A stretch of DNA of 64,000 bases from an uncultured Chloroflexia bacterium (GCA_963746855.1 CAVVDC010000012.1:100230-164229), one strand, 5' to 3'; numbered from the stretch's first letter, positions 20,653-30,215 are shown. The notes: a model not told the origin generated them from the letters alone. Numbers and translations are program-made.

Positions 20653-21776
20653 GCCGGCACTCCGGCGCCGAGCGCCTCGATCACCGCGGTCGCGAACGCC
20701 GTCGTGCCGACGACCACGAGGCCGTCATCGGGGTTCGCCGGATCCGCGAGGTCGGCGGTACGCCAGCCGTCGTCGATGGCCTTCGAGACGGCGGCCTCGA
20801 TCGCATCCGAGACATCCCGGCGCTGGAATGAGGAGAACATCATCATCGCCGCCGACAGGATCGTGCCGACCGGGTTGGCCTTGTCCTGGCCGGCGATGTC
20901 GGGTGCCGATCCGTGGATCGGCTCGTACAGCCCGAACACGCCGTGCTCGGTCGAGCGGTTCGAGAGCGATGCGGAAGGCAGCATGCCAAGCGAGCCGGCG
21001 AGGACCGCCGCCTCGTCGGAGAGGATGTCGCCGAAGAGGTTCTCGGTGACGATCACGTCGAAGTCGGCTGGACGCTTGACCAGGAGCATCGCGCAGGAAT
21101 CGACGAGTTGGTGACTGACCTCGACGTCGGGGAAACGTCGACGCTCTTCATCCACGACGCGTCGCCAGAGTCGTGAGGTGGCGAGGACGTTCGCCTTGTC
21201 GACGCTCGTCAGTCGGCGCCGGCGGATGAGGGCGTACGCGCCGGCGAGCATGACGATCCGCCGGATCTCATCCTCGGCATACGGCATCGTGTCGACCGCG
21301 CGCCGCTCGCCGGGTTCCGCGGCCGCTTCCTCGCGTTCCCCGAAGTAGATGCCGCCAGTCAGTTCGCGGACGATGAGCATGTCGACGCCCTCGAGCAGCT
21401 CCGGGCGCAGCGGCGACGCGGCAACGAGCGCCGGATGGACCTTGACCGGCCGCAGGTTGGCGAAGAGGCCGAGCTCGCCGCGCAACGCGAAGAGGGCCTG
21501 CTCCGGTCGAACCGGTGCACTCGGGTCGGACCACTTCGGCCCACCGACCGCCCCCAGCAGGATCGCGTCGGCCTCACCGCACGCGGCCACGTCCTCGGGT
21601 CGGATGGCGACCCCGTAGGTGTCGATCGCGGCGCCACCGACGAGGAACTCGGTCCATTCGACCTTGAACCCGAAGACGGCACCAGCGGCGTCGACGACCC
21701 GTCGAGCGGCAGCCACCACCTCCGGGCCGACGCCGTCGCCCGGGATCGTCGCGACGCGGTAGGTGGTGTCCGTCAC
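20649..21776 (-). CDS. leuB: 3-isopropylmalate dehydrogenase
   Basis: YRVATIPGDGVGPEV..., LLGAVGGPKW, NLFGDILSDEAAVLAGSLGMLPSASL. GTGA overlap with leuA. Confidence 0.9.
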
Positions 21777-23413
21777 GGAAGACCCTCTTCGGAGCGAGGT
21801 GCGACGAACGCGACGGCGACGCCGTTGATCTCGGCGCCGTGGAGCTTGTTGACCGCGACCAGGTACGCGTCGAGCGACGCCTCGATGATGTTGGTCGATA
21901 ACCCGTGCCCGGAGACGACGAGCGCGCCGGGCCCTTCGTCCGACGAGCGGCGGCAGCGGACCAGCACCTGGCCCTGCGCGTCCTCGCCGGCGGAGACCGC
22001 CTTGATCTCGTATTCCGTGAGCGTCGGATGCCAGCCGAGGATGGGCTGCAGGGCCTGGTCGACGGCGTCGAAGAGCGCGTCGACCGGACCGTTGCCGGTC
22101 GCCTCGGACGTTCGTTCCTGCCCGTCCACCGTGAGCGAGATGGAGCCCGTGGCATTCCCGCCGTGCGACGAGGTCACGCTCCAGCCGACGAGCGACACCG
22201 ATGCCGGCACCTCCGCGGCGCGCTGTTCCATGAGCGCCATCAGGTCGGCGTCGGTGACTTCCTTCTTCGCGTCGGCGAGCGTGACCGCCTGGCGGTAGAG
22301 CTCGTCGAGCGCCTCGCCCTCGAGGTCGTAGCCGAGCTCCTTCATCTTGCCCTGGAGGCCGCGCCGCCCGGACAGCTTGCCGATCGTCAGCTGGCTGCCG
22401 GACAGGCCCACCGACTGCGGCGTCATGATCTCGTAGGTGAGCGGGTTCTTGATGACGCCGTCCTGGTGGATCCCGGATTCGTGCGCGAAGGCGTTGCCAC
22501 CGACGATCGCCTTGTTAGGCTGGACCGCGAAGCCCGTCAGGTAGCTGACCAGGCGGCTGGCCGCGGTGATCTGCTCGGTCGCGACGCCCGACGCCCCGCG
22601 CTCGAACTGGGTCGGGCGGGTCCGGAGGGCCATGACGACCTCCTCGAGCGAGGCGTTGCCGGCTCGCTCGCCGAGGCCGTTGATCGTGACCTCCACCTGG
22701 CGCGCGCCGGCCTGGACGGCGGCGAGCGTGTTGGCCGTGGCGAGGCCCAGGTCGTTGTGGCAGTGGACGCTGACCGTCGCCTGGTCGCCCACGAGGTCCA
22801 CGACGCGCTTGGTCAGCAGGCCGAACTCGGCGGGGATCGCATATCCGACGGTGTCGGGGATGTTGACCGTCGACGCCCCGGCCTCGACGACCGCCTCGTA
22901 GATCCGCATGAGGTAGTCGACATCGGTGCGCGAGGCGTCCTCGGCGCTGAACTCGATCTCGGCGTCCCGGCCGAGCTGTTCGCGGCCGTAACGGACCCAG
23001 CGGACCGCCTCCTTGAGGGCCGTCTCGCGGTCGATCCGCAGCTTGTGCTTGAGGTGGATGTCGCTCGTGGCGATGAAGACGTGGAGGTGTGGCCGCTCCG
23101 CGACTTTGATGGCCTCGATCGCGCGCTGCGGATCGCCGTCCTTGCAGCGGGCGAGCGCCGCCACGGCGATCCCGCCCTTCGTCTCCTGGGCGATGCGGCG
23201 GACCGCCTCGAAGTCGCCGGGCGAGGCGGCCGGGAAGCCGGCCTCGATGACATCGACCTTGAGCCGGACCAGCTGGCGGGCGACCTCGAGCTTCTCGGCC
23301 GCTGTCAGGCCGGCACCGGGCGCCTGCTCCCCGTCGCGCAGGGTCGTATCGAAGATGCGGACGCTCCCCGCCGGCACGAACGGGCCGGCGGGCCGCGGTA
23401 CGGCCGGGCTCAC
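21773..23413 (-). CDS. leuA: 2-isopropylmalate synthase
   Basis: [18 protein letters not shown]..., [17 protein letters not shown], and a C-terminal regulatory domain. GTG 23413 overlaps the ilvC stop (GTGA). The track's longer ORF overlaps ilvC and was trimmed. Confidence 0.9.
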   Translation of the reverse strand: MSPAVPRPAGPFVPAGSVRIFDTTLRDGEQAPGAGLTAAEKLEVARQLVRLKVDVIEAGFPAASPGDFEAVRRIAQETKGGIAVAALARCKDGDPQRAIEAIKVAERPHLHVFIATSDIHLKHKLRIDRETALKEAVRWVRYGREQLGRDAEIEFSAEDASRTDVDYLMRIYEAVVEAGASTVNIPDTVGYAIPAEFGLLTKRVVDLVGDQATVSVHCHNDLGLATANTLAAVQAGARQVEVTINGLGERAGNASLEEVVMALRTRPTQFERGASGVATEQITAASRLVSYLTGFAVQPNKAIVGGNAFAHESGIHQDGVIKNPLTYEIMTPQSVGLSGSQLTIGKLSGRRGLQGKMKELGYDLEGEALDELYRQAVTLADAKKEVTDADLMALMEQRAAEVPASVSLVGWSVTSSHGGNATGSISLTVDGQERTSEATGNGPVDALFDAVDQALQPILGWHPTLTEYEIKAVSAGEDAQGQVLVRCRRSSDEGPGALVVSGHGLSTNIIEASLDAYLVAVNKLHGAEINGVAVAFVAPRSEEGLP

Positions 23414-24462
23414 CGCGACGCTCCCGGGGTCGTGGCCGCGGCCTGGGCCTGGCCGGCCTGGACCTCGACCGGGTTGAGGAACGGCATCTGGGCGCGGAGG
23501 CGGCTGCCGACCCGCTCGATCAGGTGATCGTGGTCGGCGGCCCGCAGGCGCTCGAACTCGACGCGGCCGTGCTCGTTCTCCTCGATCCAGCGGTTCGCGA
23601 ACGACCCATCCTGGATCTCCTTGAGGACCTGCTGCATCGTCTCGCGGACGTGGCCGTCGATGATCCGGGGGCCACTCACGTAGTCGCCGTACTCGGCGGT
23701 GTCGCTGACGCTGAAGCGCATGAAGTTCAGCCCGCCGCGGTACATCAGGTCGACGATGAGCTTGAGCTCGTGCATGGTCTCGAAGTAGGCCAGCTCCGGC
23801 TGGTAGCCCGCCTCGACGAGCGTCTCGAACGCCATCTTGACCAGCGCAGCGGTGCCGCCGCACAGGACCGACTGCTCACCGAACAGGTCGGTCTCGGTCT
23901 CCTCGGCGAAGGTCGTCTCGAGGACGCCGGCCCGGGTGGAACCGATGGCGCGGGCGTAGGCCAGCGTCCGGTCGCGCCCCGTCCCGGACTGGTCGCGATG
24001 GACCGCGAACAGCGACGGCACCCCGCCGCCCGCCTGGTAGACGCTGCGGAGCAGGTGGCCCGGGCCCTTCGGCGCGACCATCCCGACGTCGACGATGCCG
24101 GGCGGGTCGATGCGGCCGAAGTGGATGTTGAAGCCGTGGGCGAACATCAGCAGGTGGCCTGGTCGCAGGTTCGGTTCGATCTCCGCGTCGTAGACGGCCT
24201 TCTGGGCCGTGTCGGGGACGAGGATCATGATGACGTCCGCGGCCTGCACGGCCTCCGCGACGTCCATGACCCGCAGGCCCGCATCGGCCGCGATGGCCCG
24301 GCTCTTCGATCCGGGCGCGAGGCCCACGACGACGTCGATGCCGGATTCGTGGAGGTTCAGGGCGTGGGCGTGGCCCTGGCTGCCATACCCGATGATGGCC
24401 ACGGTCTGACCGGCCAGCGCCGACGGGTCGGCGTCGTTGTCGTAGTACATGCGTGCCGTCAT
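23410..24462 (-). CDS. ilvC: ketol-acid reductoisomerase
   Basis: [33 protein letters not shown]... is a class I KARI. Confidence 0.95.
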   Translation of the reverse strand: MTARMYYDNDADPSALAGQTVAIIGYGSQGHAHALNLHESGIDVVVGLAPGSKSRAIAADAGLRVMDVAEAVQAADVIMILVPDTAQKAVYDAEIEPNLRPGHLLMFAHGFNIHFGRIDPPGIVDVGMVAPKGPGHLLRSVYQAGGGVPSLFAVHRDQSGTGRDRTLAYARAIGSTRAGVLETTFAEETETDLFGEQSVLCGGTAALVKMAFETLVEAGYQPELAYFETMHELKLIVDLMYRGGLNFMRFSVSDTAEYGDYVSGPRIIDGHVRETMQQVLKEIQDGSFANRWIEENEHGRVEFERLRAADHDHLIERVGSRLRAQMPFLNPVEVQAGQAQAAATTPGASR

Positions 24463-25067
24463 CGCTTGATCGCCTCCTCGATGGATCCGGAGCCCCGGGC
24501 CATGACGACGGCGCCGGTGCGGACCAACTCCTTGATGCCGTAGTTGCGGACGAGCGCGACGAACGCGTCGATCTCGGCCTCGGTGCCGGTGACCTCGACG
24601 ACCACCGAGCCGTCGGCCATGTCGACGACCCGGCCGCGGGACAGCTCGACCAGGCGCAAGACCTCGGCCCGGTTCGACTCGGTCGACCGGACCTTCACAA
24701 GCGCGAGCTCGTGCTCAACGGTCGGCTCGGACGTGACGTCCTGGACCTTCAGGACGTCGATCAGCCGGTAGAGCTGCTTCGCGGCCTGCTCGACCGCGAC
24801 GTCGTCGCCGTGGAGCGTGATGGTCATCCGGCTGGTGTCCGGCCGGTCGGTATGGCTGACTGCGAGCGAATCGATGTTGAAGTTGCGGGCGCGCATCAGG
24901 CTGGCCACCCGGTTCAGCACGCCCGGTTTGTCCAGCACGATCGCGATGAGGACGTGGCGACGGTGCTCGCCGCCGCCCGGCAGGGCCCGCGGCGGCGGAG
25001 CCGCGTGGGCCGGACCGCCGGCCGCGGCGCCCGGGAGCTGCCCGTTCGAGTTCGGGTCGGCGGTCAT
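24459..25067 (-). CDS. ilvN: acetolactate synthase small (regulatory) subunit
   Basis: [33 protein letters not shown] (ACT domain). ATG 25067 overlaps the ilvB stop (ATGA). Confidence 0.9.
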   Translation of the reverse strand: MTADPNSNGQLPGAAAGGPAHAAPPPRALPGGGEHRRHVLIAIVLDKPGVLNRVASLMRARNFNIDSLAVSHTDRPDTSRMTITLHGDDVAVEQAAKQLYRLIDVLKVQDVTSEPTVEHELALVKVRSTESNRAEVLRLVELSRGRVVDMADGSVVVEVTGTEAEIDAFVALVRNYGIKELVRTGAVVMARGSGSIEEAIKR

Positions 25068-26965
25068 TCGTCCGCCCCGCCCCACTTCTCGATCAGGTCG
25101 GACAGCCCCTTGCCGGCGGGCATCATCGGGAAGACGTTCTGCTCCTCGGCGATCTCGAACCAGATGAGCGCCGGCCCATCGACCGCCTGGGCGGCCTCGA
25201 TGGCGGGGTCGACCTCGTCGGGCGTCCGCGCCCGGAACGCCGGGATCCCGAAGGCGTCGGCGAGCTTCGCGAAGTCGGGTCCGGGCAGGTTGGCCGAGTG
25301 GTAGTTGCCCGCGTAGATGATCTCCTGCCACTGGCGGATCATCCCGAGCTTCTTGTTGTCCAGCAGCGCGATCTTGACCGGGATGTGGTCGGCGACGAGG
25401 GTCATGAGCTCCTGGAAGGTCATCTGGAAGCCGCCGTCACCGGTGATCGCCCAGGCCTCGCGATCGGGTCGCCCGAGGGCCGCCCCCATCGCCGCCGGGA
25501 CGCTGAAGCCCATCGTGCCCAGCCCGCCGGAACTCACGTGGCTGTTCGGGTGGCGGAAGCCGGCGTAGCGCGCCAGCCACATCTGGTTCTGGCCGACGTC
25601 GGCGATGTAGGTCGCGTCGTGATTGGTCAGCTCACCGATCCGCTCCACGACGTAGTCTGCCGAAAGCAGGCCGTCCCGCCAGGCGCCCGAGCCATGCCAG
25701 GACGACGCGACCGAGTCCGCCTTCCACTCGGCCAGCTGATCGAAATAGGGCTGCCGGACCGCGGGATCGACCTCGTCGACCAGTCGGGTCAGGCCGACCA
25801 GGACCCGCTTCGCGTCGCCGACGATGGGCACTTCGACGGCCACGTTCTTGCCGATCTCGGCGGGGTCGATGTCGGCGTGGATGATCCGGGCGTACGGGGC
25901 ATACGTCCGGACGTTGCCCGTGACGCGGTCGTCGAAGCGCATGCCGATCGCGATGAGCAGGTCGGCGGTCTGGATCGCCCGGTTGACGTGCTTCCAGCCG
26001 TGCATGCCCATGTAGCCGTAGGCCAGGGGGTGGGTCTCGTCCATCGCCCCGATACCCAGCAGGGTCCACGCGACCGGGATCTGGGTCTTCTCGGCGAAGG
26101 CGCGGAGCTCGTCCCAGGCTTCGGCATGGAGGACGCCGTGTCCGGCCAGGATGATCGGGCGCTCGGCCTTCGCGATCTCGGCCGCCGCGAGCTTCAGCTG
26201 GCGGGGATGGCCATCCATGTTCGGTCGGAAGCCCGGCAACCCGGCGACGATCTCCTCCTCGCTCGGATGCTCGGCCCGGGTCTCCTGCTGGAGGGCGTCC
26301 TTGGTGATGTCGATGTGGACCGGGCCTGGTCGACCGGTCCGCGCGATATGGAAGGCCTCGGCGACCACGCGCGGCAGCTCGTCGGCATCGCGGACCAGGT
26401 AGTTGTGCTTGGTCATCGGCAGGGTGATGCCGTTGATGTCGATCTCCTGGAAGGCGTCCTTGCCGATCAGCGCGCCCGGCACGTTGCCGGTGATGGCGAC
26501 CATCGGCACCGAGTCCAGGAGGGCCGTCCCGATGCCGGTCACGAGGTTCGTCGCGCCCGGTCCCGAGGTGCCCATGCAGACGCCGACCCGACCGGTGACG
26601 CGCGCGTAGCCGTCCGCGGCGTGGGCCCCGCCCTGCTCGTGGCGGACCAGGATGTGGCGCAGCTCCGGGTAGTCGCCGAGGACGTCGTAGAGCGGCAGGA
26701 TGACGCCACCGGGATAGCTGAAGAACACGTCCACGCCCTGGCGCAGGAGCGCCTCGCACAGCACGTCCGCGCCGATGCGCGTCCGCTTCAGGTCGCGCGC
26801 CTCGTGGAGCATGCCCTTGCGGGCGCGCTCGACGGCCGCCGCCCCGGCGGTGCCATCACCGGGCACGTGGCTCCGCCGGGTCGCCGGCTTGGTCGCGGCG
26901 TCGGCCCCGGTCTTGGACGCGCCCTGACCCGGTGGCCTGGACGGTTCGCTCTTCGCCATCGTCAT
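25064..26965 (-). CDS. ilvB: acetolactate synthase large subunit
   Basis: ThDP enzyme motifs (GYPGGVILPLYD, GTSGPGATNLVTG, GLGTMGFSVPAAMGA, ITGDGGFQM). Long N-terminal extension of the kind seen in actinobacterial IlvB. GAAGGGA lies upstream of ATG 26965. Confidence 0.9.
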   Translation of the reverse strand: MTMAKSEPSRPPGQGASKTGADAATKPATRRSHVPGDGTAGAAAVERARKGMLHEARDLKRTRIGADVLCEALLRQGVDVFFSYPGGVILPLYDVLGDYPELRHILVRHEQGGAHAADGYARVTGRVGVCMGTSGPGATNLVTGIGTALLDSVPMVAITGNVPGALIGKDAFQEIDINGITLPMTKHNYLVRDADELPRVVAEAFHIARTGRPGPVHIDITKDALQQETRAEHPSEEEIVAGLPGFRPNMDGHPRQLKLAAAEIAKAERPIILAGHGVLHAEAWDELRAFAEKTQIPVAWTLLGIGAMDETHPLAYGYMGMHGWKHVNRAIQTADLLIAIGMRFDDRVTGNVRTYAPYARIIHADIDPAEIGKNVAVEVPIVGDAKRVLVGLTRLVDEVDPAVRQPYFDQLAEWKADSVASSWHGSGAWRDGLLSADYVVERIGELTNHDATYIADVGQNQMWLARYAGFRHPNSHVSSGGLGTMGFSVPAAMGAALGRPDREAWAITGDGGFQMTFQELMTLVADHIPVKIALLDNKKLGMIRQWQEIIYAGNYHSANLPGPDFAKLADAFGIPAFRARTPDEVDPAIEAAQAVDGPALIWFEIAEEQNVFPMMPAGKGLSDLIEKWGGADE

Positions 26966-27008
26966 CGGTCGGGTCCCTTCTCTGGTTTCGGTTCGGTCCG
27001 GACAAACA

Positions 27009-27040
27009 GAAGACCCTCGCCACCCGGCGAGGGTCCCTTC
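27009..27040 (-). terminator. intrinsic terminator 36 nt upstream of the ilvB start (candidate attenuator)
   Basis: Minus strand: GAAG-gg-ACCCUCGCC-gggu-GGCGAGGGU-CUUC followed by UGUUUGUC. This leaves no room for a separate ilvB promoter. Confidence 0.6.
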
Positions 27041-27061
27041 GGTCTTCGGTGGTGTCGGGCG

Positions 27062-27295
27062 CTACGAGCGCTCGTTCCTCCGCGTTCCTCGGTCCCGCCG
27101 GGAGCCGCTAATAAGGCCGAGAAGGCCATCAAGCCCCGGAATCGAGCGAAGGAGTTCGAGGAGGGATACGTCGGCGAGGCCCGCGGGCTCGATCGGCACA
27201 TGGACGCGACGACCGTCCGTCGTGACGACGACGGCGACCTGTCGACGATCCTGTCGATCGAAGCGACCCAAGCTGGCCTCCCGGTTGCGCTTCAT
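27062..27295 (-). CDS. candidate leader/small ORF upstream of ilvB (77 aa from ATG 27295; TTG 27352 also possible)
   Basis: MKRNREASLGRFDRQDRRQVAVVVTTDGRRVHVPIEPAGLADVSLLELLRSIPGLDGLLGLISG... contains a Val run and a Leu/Ile-rich block that uses the otherwise rare CTT/ATT codons. GC3 is lower than in neighbouring genes, so coding status is uncertain. Confidence 0.3.
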   Translation of the reverse strand: MKRNREASLGRFDRQDRRQVAVVVTTDGRRVHVPIEPAGLADVSLLELLRSIPGLDGLLGLISGSRRDRGTRRNERS

Positions 27296-27362
27296 CGCCC
27301 AGCGACCGGACGACGTGTGGCGCAGTCTACGAGGCAGGCCGGCATCGTGCAACCCGTACGAA

Positions 27363-29063
27363 TCATGTGGGCATCGTCCGCAGTCGTTCGATGAGCCAGT
27401 CGGCGCCCTTGACGAGGTTCGGCAGGTCGATCGACTCGGTCGACGGGCGATCCGTCGGGCGGCCGAGCAGGTACCCCTGGCCGGCCCCGATGCCGAGCGA
27501 TCGGACGACCTCGAGTTGGGCTGGTGTCTCGATCCCCTCCGCGACGACGAGGGCGCCCCAACGGTCGGCCAGGTCGCGCAGGGTCTTGACGATCTCGAGT
27601 GACGTCTCGCGGACCGCGCCGCCCTGGACGAGCGACAGGTCGATCTTGACGATGTCGAAGCGCAGCTGGCTCAGGAGCCGCAGCCCGGCATTACCGGCTC
27701 CGACGTCGTCCGCGGCGAGCCGGATGCCGGCGACCCGGCAGGCCTCGCATGCCCGGCGCAGCCGGTCGACGTCCTCGACGGCCTCGCGCTCGGTCAGCTC
27801 CAGGACGATCAGCCGCGGATCCAGGCCGTGTCGGACGATCATGCGCAGCAACGCGTGGACGCTGAAGTCGTCGCTCTCGAGCGTGCGCGGCGACAGGTTG
27901 ACCGTCAGCGACCCGGGCAGGCGCAGGCGGGCCGCCGTCTCCATGACGGTGTTGAGGCAGGCGATGTCGAGCTCGCTCGTCCGCCCTGTCGCCTCGGCGG
28001 CCTCGAACAGCGATCCGGGGTCGTTGAACCCGCTGTCGGGCAACGGCCGCACGAGGCCCTCGTAGCCGCGCGGCGCGCCGGTCGACAGGTCGAAGATCGG
28101 CTGGAAGACCGCCCGGATGGCGCCGGTCGCGGCGACCTGCGCGACGGCCGCCGAGAGCTCGGCCTGCGGACGCTCGGTGACGTGGTTGTCGTGGCGCGCG
28201 GCGTCGTAGATGGTCACGCACGTGCGGCCGTGGCGCTTGCTCCAGAAGAGCGCGCTGTCGGCCTGCCGGTAGAGGGCCTCGCGGTCCTTCGCGGGGGTGG
28301 GCCCGGCACCGATGCCCGCCGAGAACGAGACCGTGTGCGCGGCGCCACGACCGGTCTCGCCGTCGAGACATGCGGCGAGCAGCCGGCGGACCATGACCTG
28401 GGCGCCCTCGGTGTCGGTGTCCGCGAGGATCAACGCGAACTCATCGCCGCCGATCCGGAACGCCCGATCGGAGCGGCGCATGTAGGCCGCCATCGTGGTG
28501 GCGGCCTGGCGCAGGACCTGGTCCCCGGCGGCGTGGCCGCTGGAGTCGTTGATACGCTTGAAGTCGTCGAGGTCGAGCAGGGCCAGGGCCATCGAACGAC
28601 CTGTCCGGACGGCGAGCGCCCACTGGCGCTCCATCTCCTCCTGGAACGCCCGGTGGTTGCCGAGGCCGGTGAGCGTGTCCCGGAGCGCCTCGGCTCGGGC
28701 GCGGTCGTAGGCGTCCTCGAGGATGCGACGGCCCTCCTCCAGTCGTTCGGCCGGTTCGAGGACGCGGCGGGCGAGCCAGACGGTGAGGGCGCCGAGGAGC
28801 AGCGCCATCGAGATGAGGGCGACGGTCGGCACGATGAGGGAGGTGCCCGATCGTGCGGTCAGGCCGTAGATGAACGGCGCCGCGATGAGGATCGGGATCG
28901 CGAACATGATGATGAGCGCGAGGAACAGGCGAAGACGGACCAGTCGCAGGTTCGTCGACTCGCCTAGGAGCACTTCCGGAGCCGATGGATCGTCGCGGAT
29001 GGTCCTCTCCCAACGTTGAGTGAGGTCTGTTATAGCCGGGATGGGTTGCCGTCGGACGAACAC
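27363..29063 (-). CDS. membrane-anchored GGDEF-EAL protein (diguanylate cyclase/phosphodiesterase)
   Basis: N-terminal TM helices. RRSD-x5-GGDEF (I-site plus active-site motif), an EAL domain with the variant YEGLVRP, DDVGAG, EGIETPAQL, QGYLLGRP. Confidence 0.9.
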   Translation of the reverse strand: MFVRRQPIPAITDLTQRWERTIRDDPSAPEVLLGESTNLRLVRLRLFLALIIMFAIPILIAAPFIYGLTARSGTSLIVPTVALISMALLLGALTVWLARRVLEPAERLEEGRRILEDAYDRARAEALRDTLTGLGNHRAFQEEMERQWALAVRTGRSMALALLDLDDFKRINDSSGHAAGDQVLRQAATTMAAYMRRSDRAFRIGGDEFALILADTDTEGAQVMVRRLLAACLDGETGRGAAHTVSFSAGIGAGPTPAKDREALYRQADSALFWSKRHGRTCVTIYDAARHDNHVTERPQAELSAAVAQVAATGAIRAVFQPIFDLSTGAPRGYEGLVRPLPDSGFNDPGSLFEAAEATGRTSELDIACLNTVMETAARLRLPGSLTVNLSPRTLESDDFSVHALLRMIVRHGLDPRLIVLELTEREAVEDVDRLRRACEACRVAGIRLAADDVGAGNAGLRLLSQLRFDIVKIDLSLVQGGAVRETSLEIVKTLRDLADRWGALVVAEGIETPAQLEVVRSLGIGAGQGYLLGRPTDRPSTESIDLPNLVKGADWLIERLRTMPT

Positions 29064-29116
29064 CGTCGTACCGGTGCAGATAGGACGAACGGGTCGCCGC
29101 CGGGCAACACGCCCCG

Positions 29117-29716
29117 GTGCACGCTGCGTCGATGTTCATCCTGTACGGGGTCCTGGTCGGGCTCCTGATCGGCGTCGTGACCGGCGGTTCCGCGGCGTTG
29201 CTGGGCCGGCTCCGCTTCCGCTGGGGCGCCGTCGTCATGCTCGGCATGGCCGCCCAGCTGCTCCTGTTCTCGTCGCCCATCGGTGACGCGCTCGGGCCGG
29301 CGGCGCCAGCGGTGTACATGGCGACCAACGGCGTGGTGCTCGCTGCGGTCGCCCGGAACCTGGCGATCCCCGGGCTGCCGCTGGTCCTGCTGGGGGGCTT
29401 GGCCAACCTGCTCGCGATGGTCGTCAATGGCGGCTACATGCCGGTCAGCCGCGCCGCGCTCGAGGCGATGAACCGGGCGCCGGGCGATGGTGGCTACTCG
29501 AACAGCGCCCTGCTCGACCACGTCCAGCTGGCGCCCCTGACCGATATCTTCGCGATGCCCACCTGGCTGCCGGTCGCCAATGTCTTCAGTGCGGGTGACG
29601 TGCTCATCGGCGCCGGCGTCGCGATCGCGATCGTCGCCGGGATGCACGGCCGCGGGCCACGACTGGACGCGGCCCCGACCGCTCCGGCCGACCCCATTGG
29701 TGCGCCCGGACACTGA
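29117..29716 (+). CDS. DUF5317-like polytopic membrane protein
   Basis: 199 aa with 5-6 hydrophobic helices. NGGYMPVS and FSAGDVLIGAG motifs as I recall them for DUF5317. Confidence 0.65.
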   Translation: MHAASMFILYGVLVGLLIGVVTGGSAALLGRLRFRWGAVVMLGMAAQLLLFSSPIGDALGPAAPAVYMATNGVVLAAVARNLAIPGLPLVLLGGLANLLAMVVNGGYMPVSRAALEAMNRAPGDGGYSNSALLDHVQLAPLTDIFAMPTWLPVANVFSAGDVLIGAGVAIAIVAGMHGRGPRLDAAPTAPADPIGAPGH

Positions 29717-29815
29717 CCCGCACGGGCACGGTGAGTAGGACCATCGCGTCATGGTGACGGGACCATGGTCCGCCCACATTTCGAGGAGGGAACGAAGGCC
29801 GTTTCCGCGATCGCC

Positions 29816-29898
29816 ATCGTCCAGGGCAAACCCGTCGCGAGGCGGGGACGCAAAGCCAGGGATCTCCTTCGGGAGACCGCCCAGCCGCCGTTGACGGT
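29816..29898 (+). promoter_or_regulatory. c-di-GMP-I (GEMM-I) riboswitch aptamer
   Basis: AUCGUC-CAGGGCAAACC-CGUC-GCGA-GGCGGGGACGCAAAGCC-AGGGAUCUCC-UUCG-GGAGACCGCCC-AGCCGCCGUU-GACGGU. The CAGGGCAAACC...GGGACGCAAAGCC core matches the Vc2 riboswitch as I remember it. The P2 helix is capped by a GNRA loop (GCGA), there is a second hairpin, and a closing helix AUCGUC/GACGGU. Confidence 0.7.
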
Positions 29899-29928
29899 CG
29901 TCAGGTGCACAGCCACAAGGTAGGTGCC

Positions 29929-30018
29929 GTGAAGGCGAACCTGGCGCGCTTCACCATGGCCGTGTCGCTTCTGGCGACGATGGCCCTGTCCCTCGGCGCG
30001 GGCATCAAGTGGTATTGA
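29929..30018 (+). CDS. 29-aa hydrophobic micropeptide immediately downstream of the riboswitch
   Basis: GTG 29929 follows AAGGTAGG. The peptide is MKANLARFTMAVSLLATMALSLGAGIKWY (one TM helix after K/R residues). 27 of 29 third positions are G/C, like bona fide genes here. It is below the ORF-track size cutoff. Confidence 0.4.
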   Translation: MKANLARFTMAVSLLATMALSLGAGIKWY

Positions 30019-30146
30019 CCATGAACGTCATGTTCGTGGTCTCTGCCCATGTGCTGTCCGACAGCGGTCGACCCGGACCCGAATCCGGTCATCGCTGGCG
30101 CTGAACTGATGGCGGCCGAGCGACCTCCGGGTCGGTCGGTCCCGCG

Positions 30147-30174
30147 GAGAGCGGCCCCGCCCGGGGCCGCTCTC
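30147..30174 (+). terminator. perfect 12-bp hairpin between the riboswitch-sORF unit and the GGDEF-EAL gene
   Basis: GAGAGCGGCCCC-gccc-GGGGCCGCTCTC followed by TCGATTCC. Confidence 0.5.
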
Positions 30175-30215
30175 TCGATTCCGGGCATAGGACTTTCGGG
30201 TGGGCGTCGAGGAGG

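Noticed and set aside
27046-27362. T-box riboswitch as the ilvB leader
   Set aside because: I looked for the GGGUGGUACCGCG-type T-box core and specifier-loop features. Only loose resemblances were found (UUAUUAGCGGCUCCCGGCGG, and GGGUGGC inside the terminator loop), which is not enough to call a T-box.
30209-30215. GAGGAGG as the RBS for ATG 30216 of the GAF-GGDEF-EAL gene
   Set aside because: There is zero spacing between the motif and the ATG, which makes it an unlikely functional Shine-Dalgarno. The start codon therefore remains uncertain rather than supported by it.
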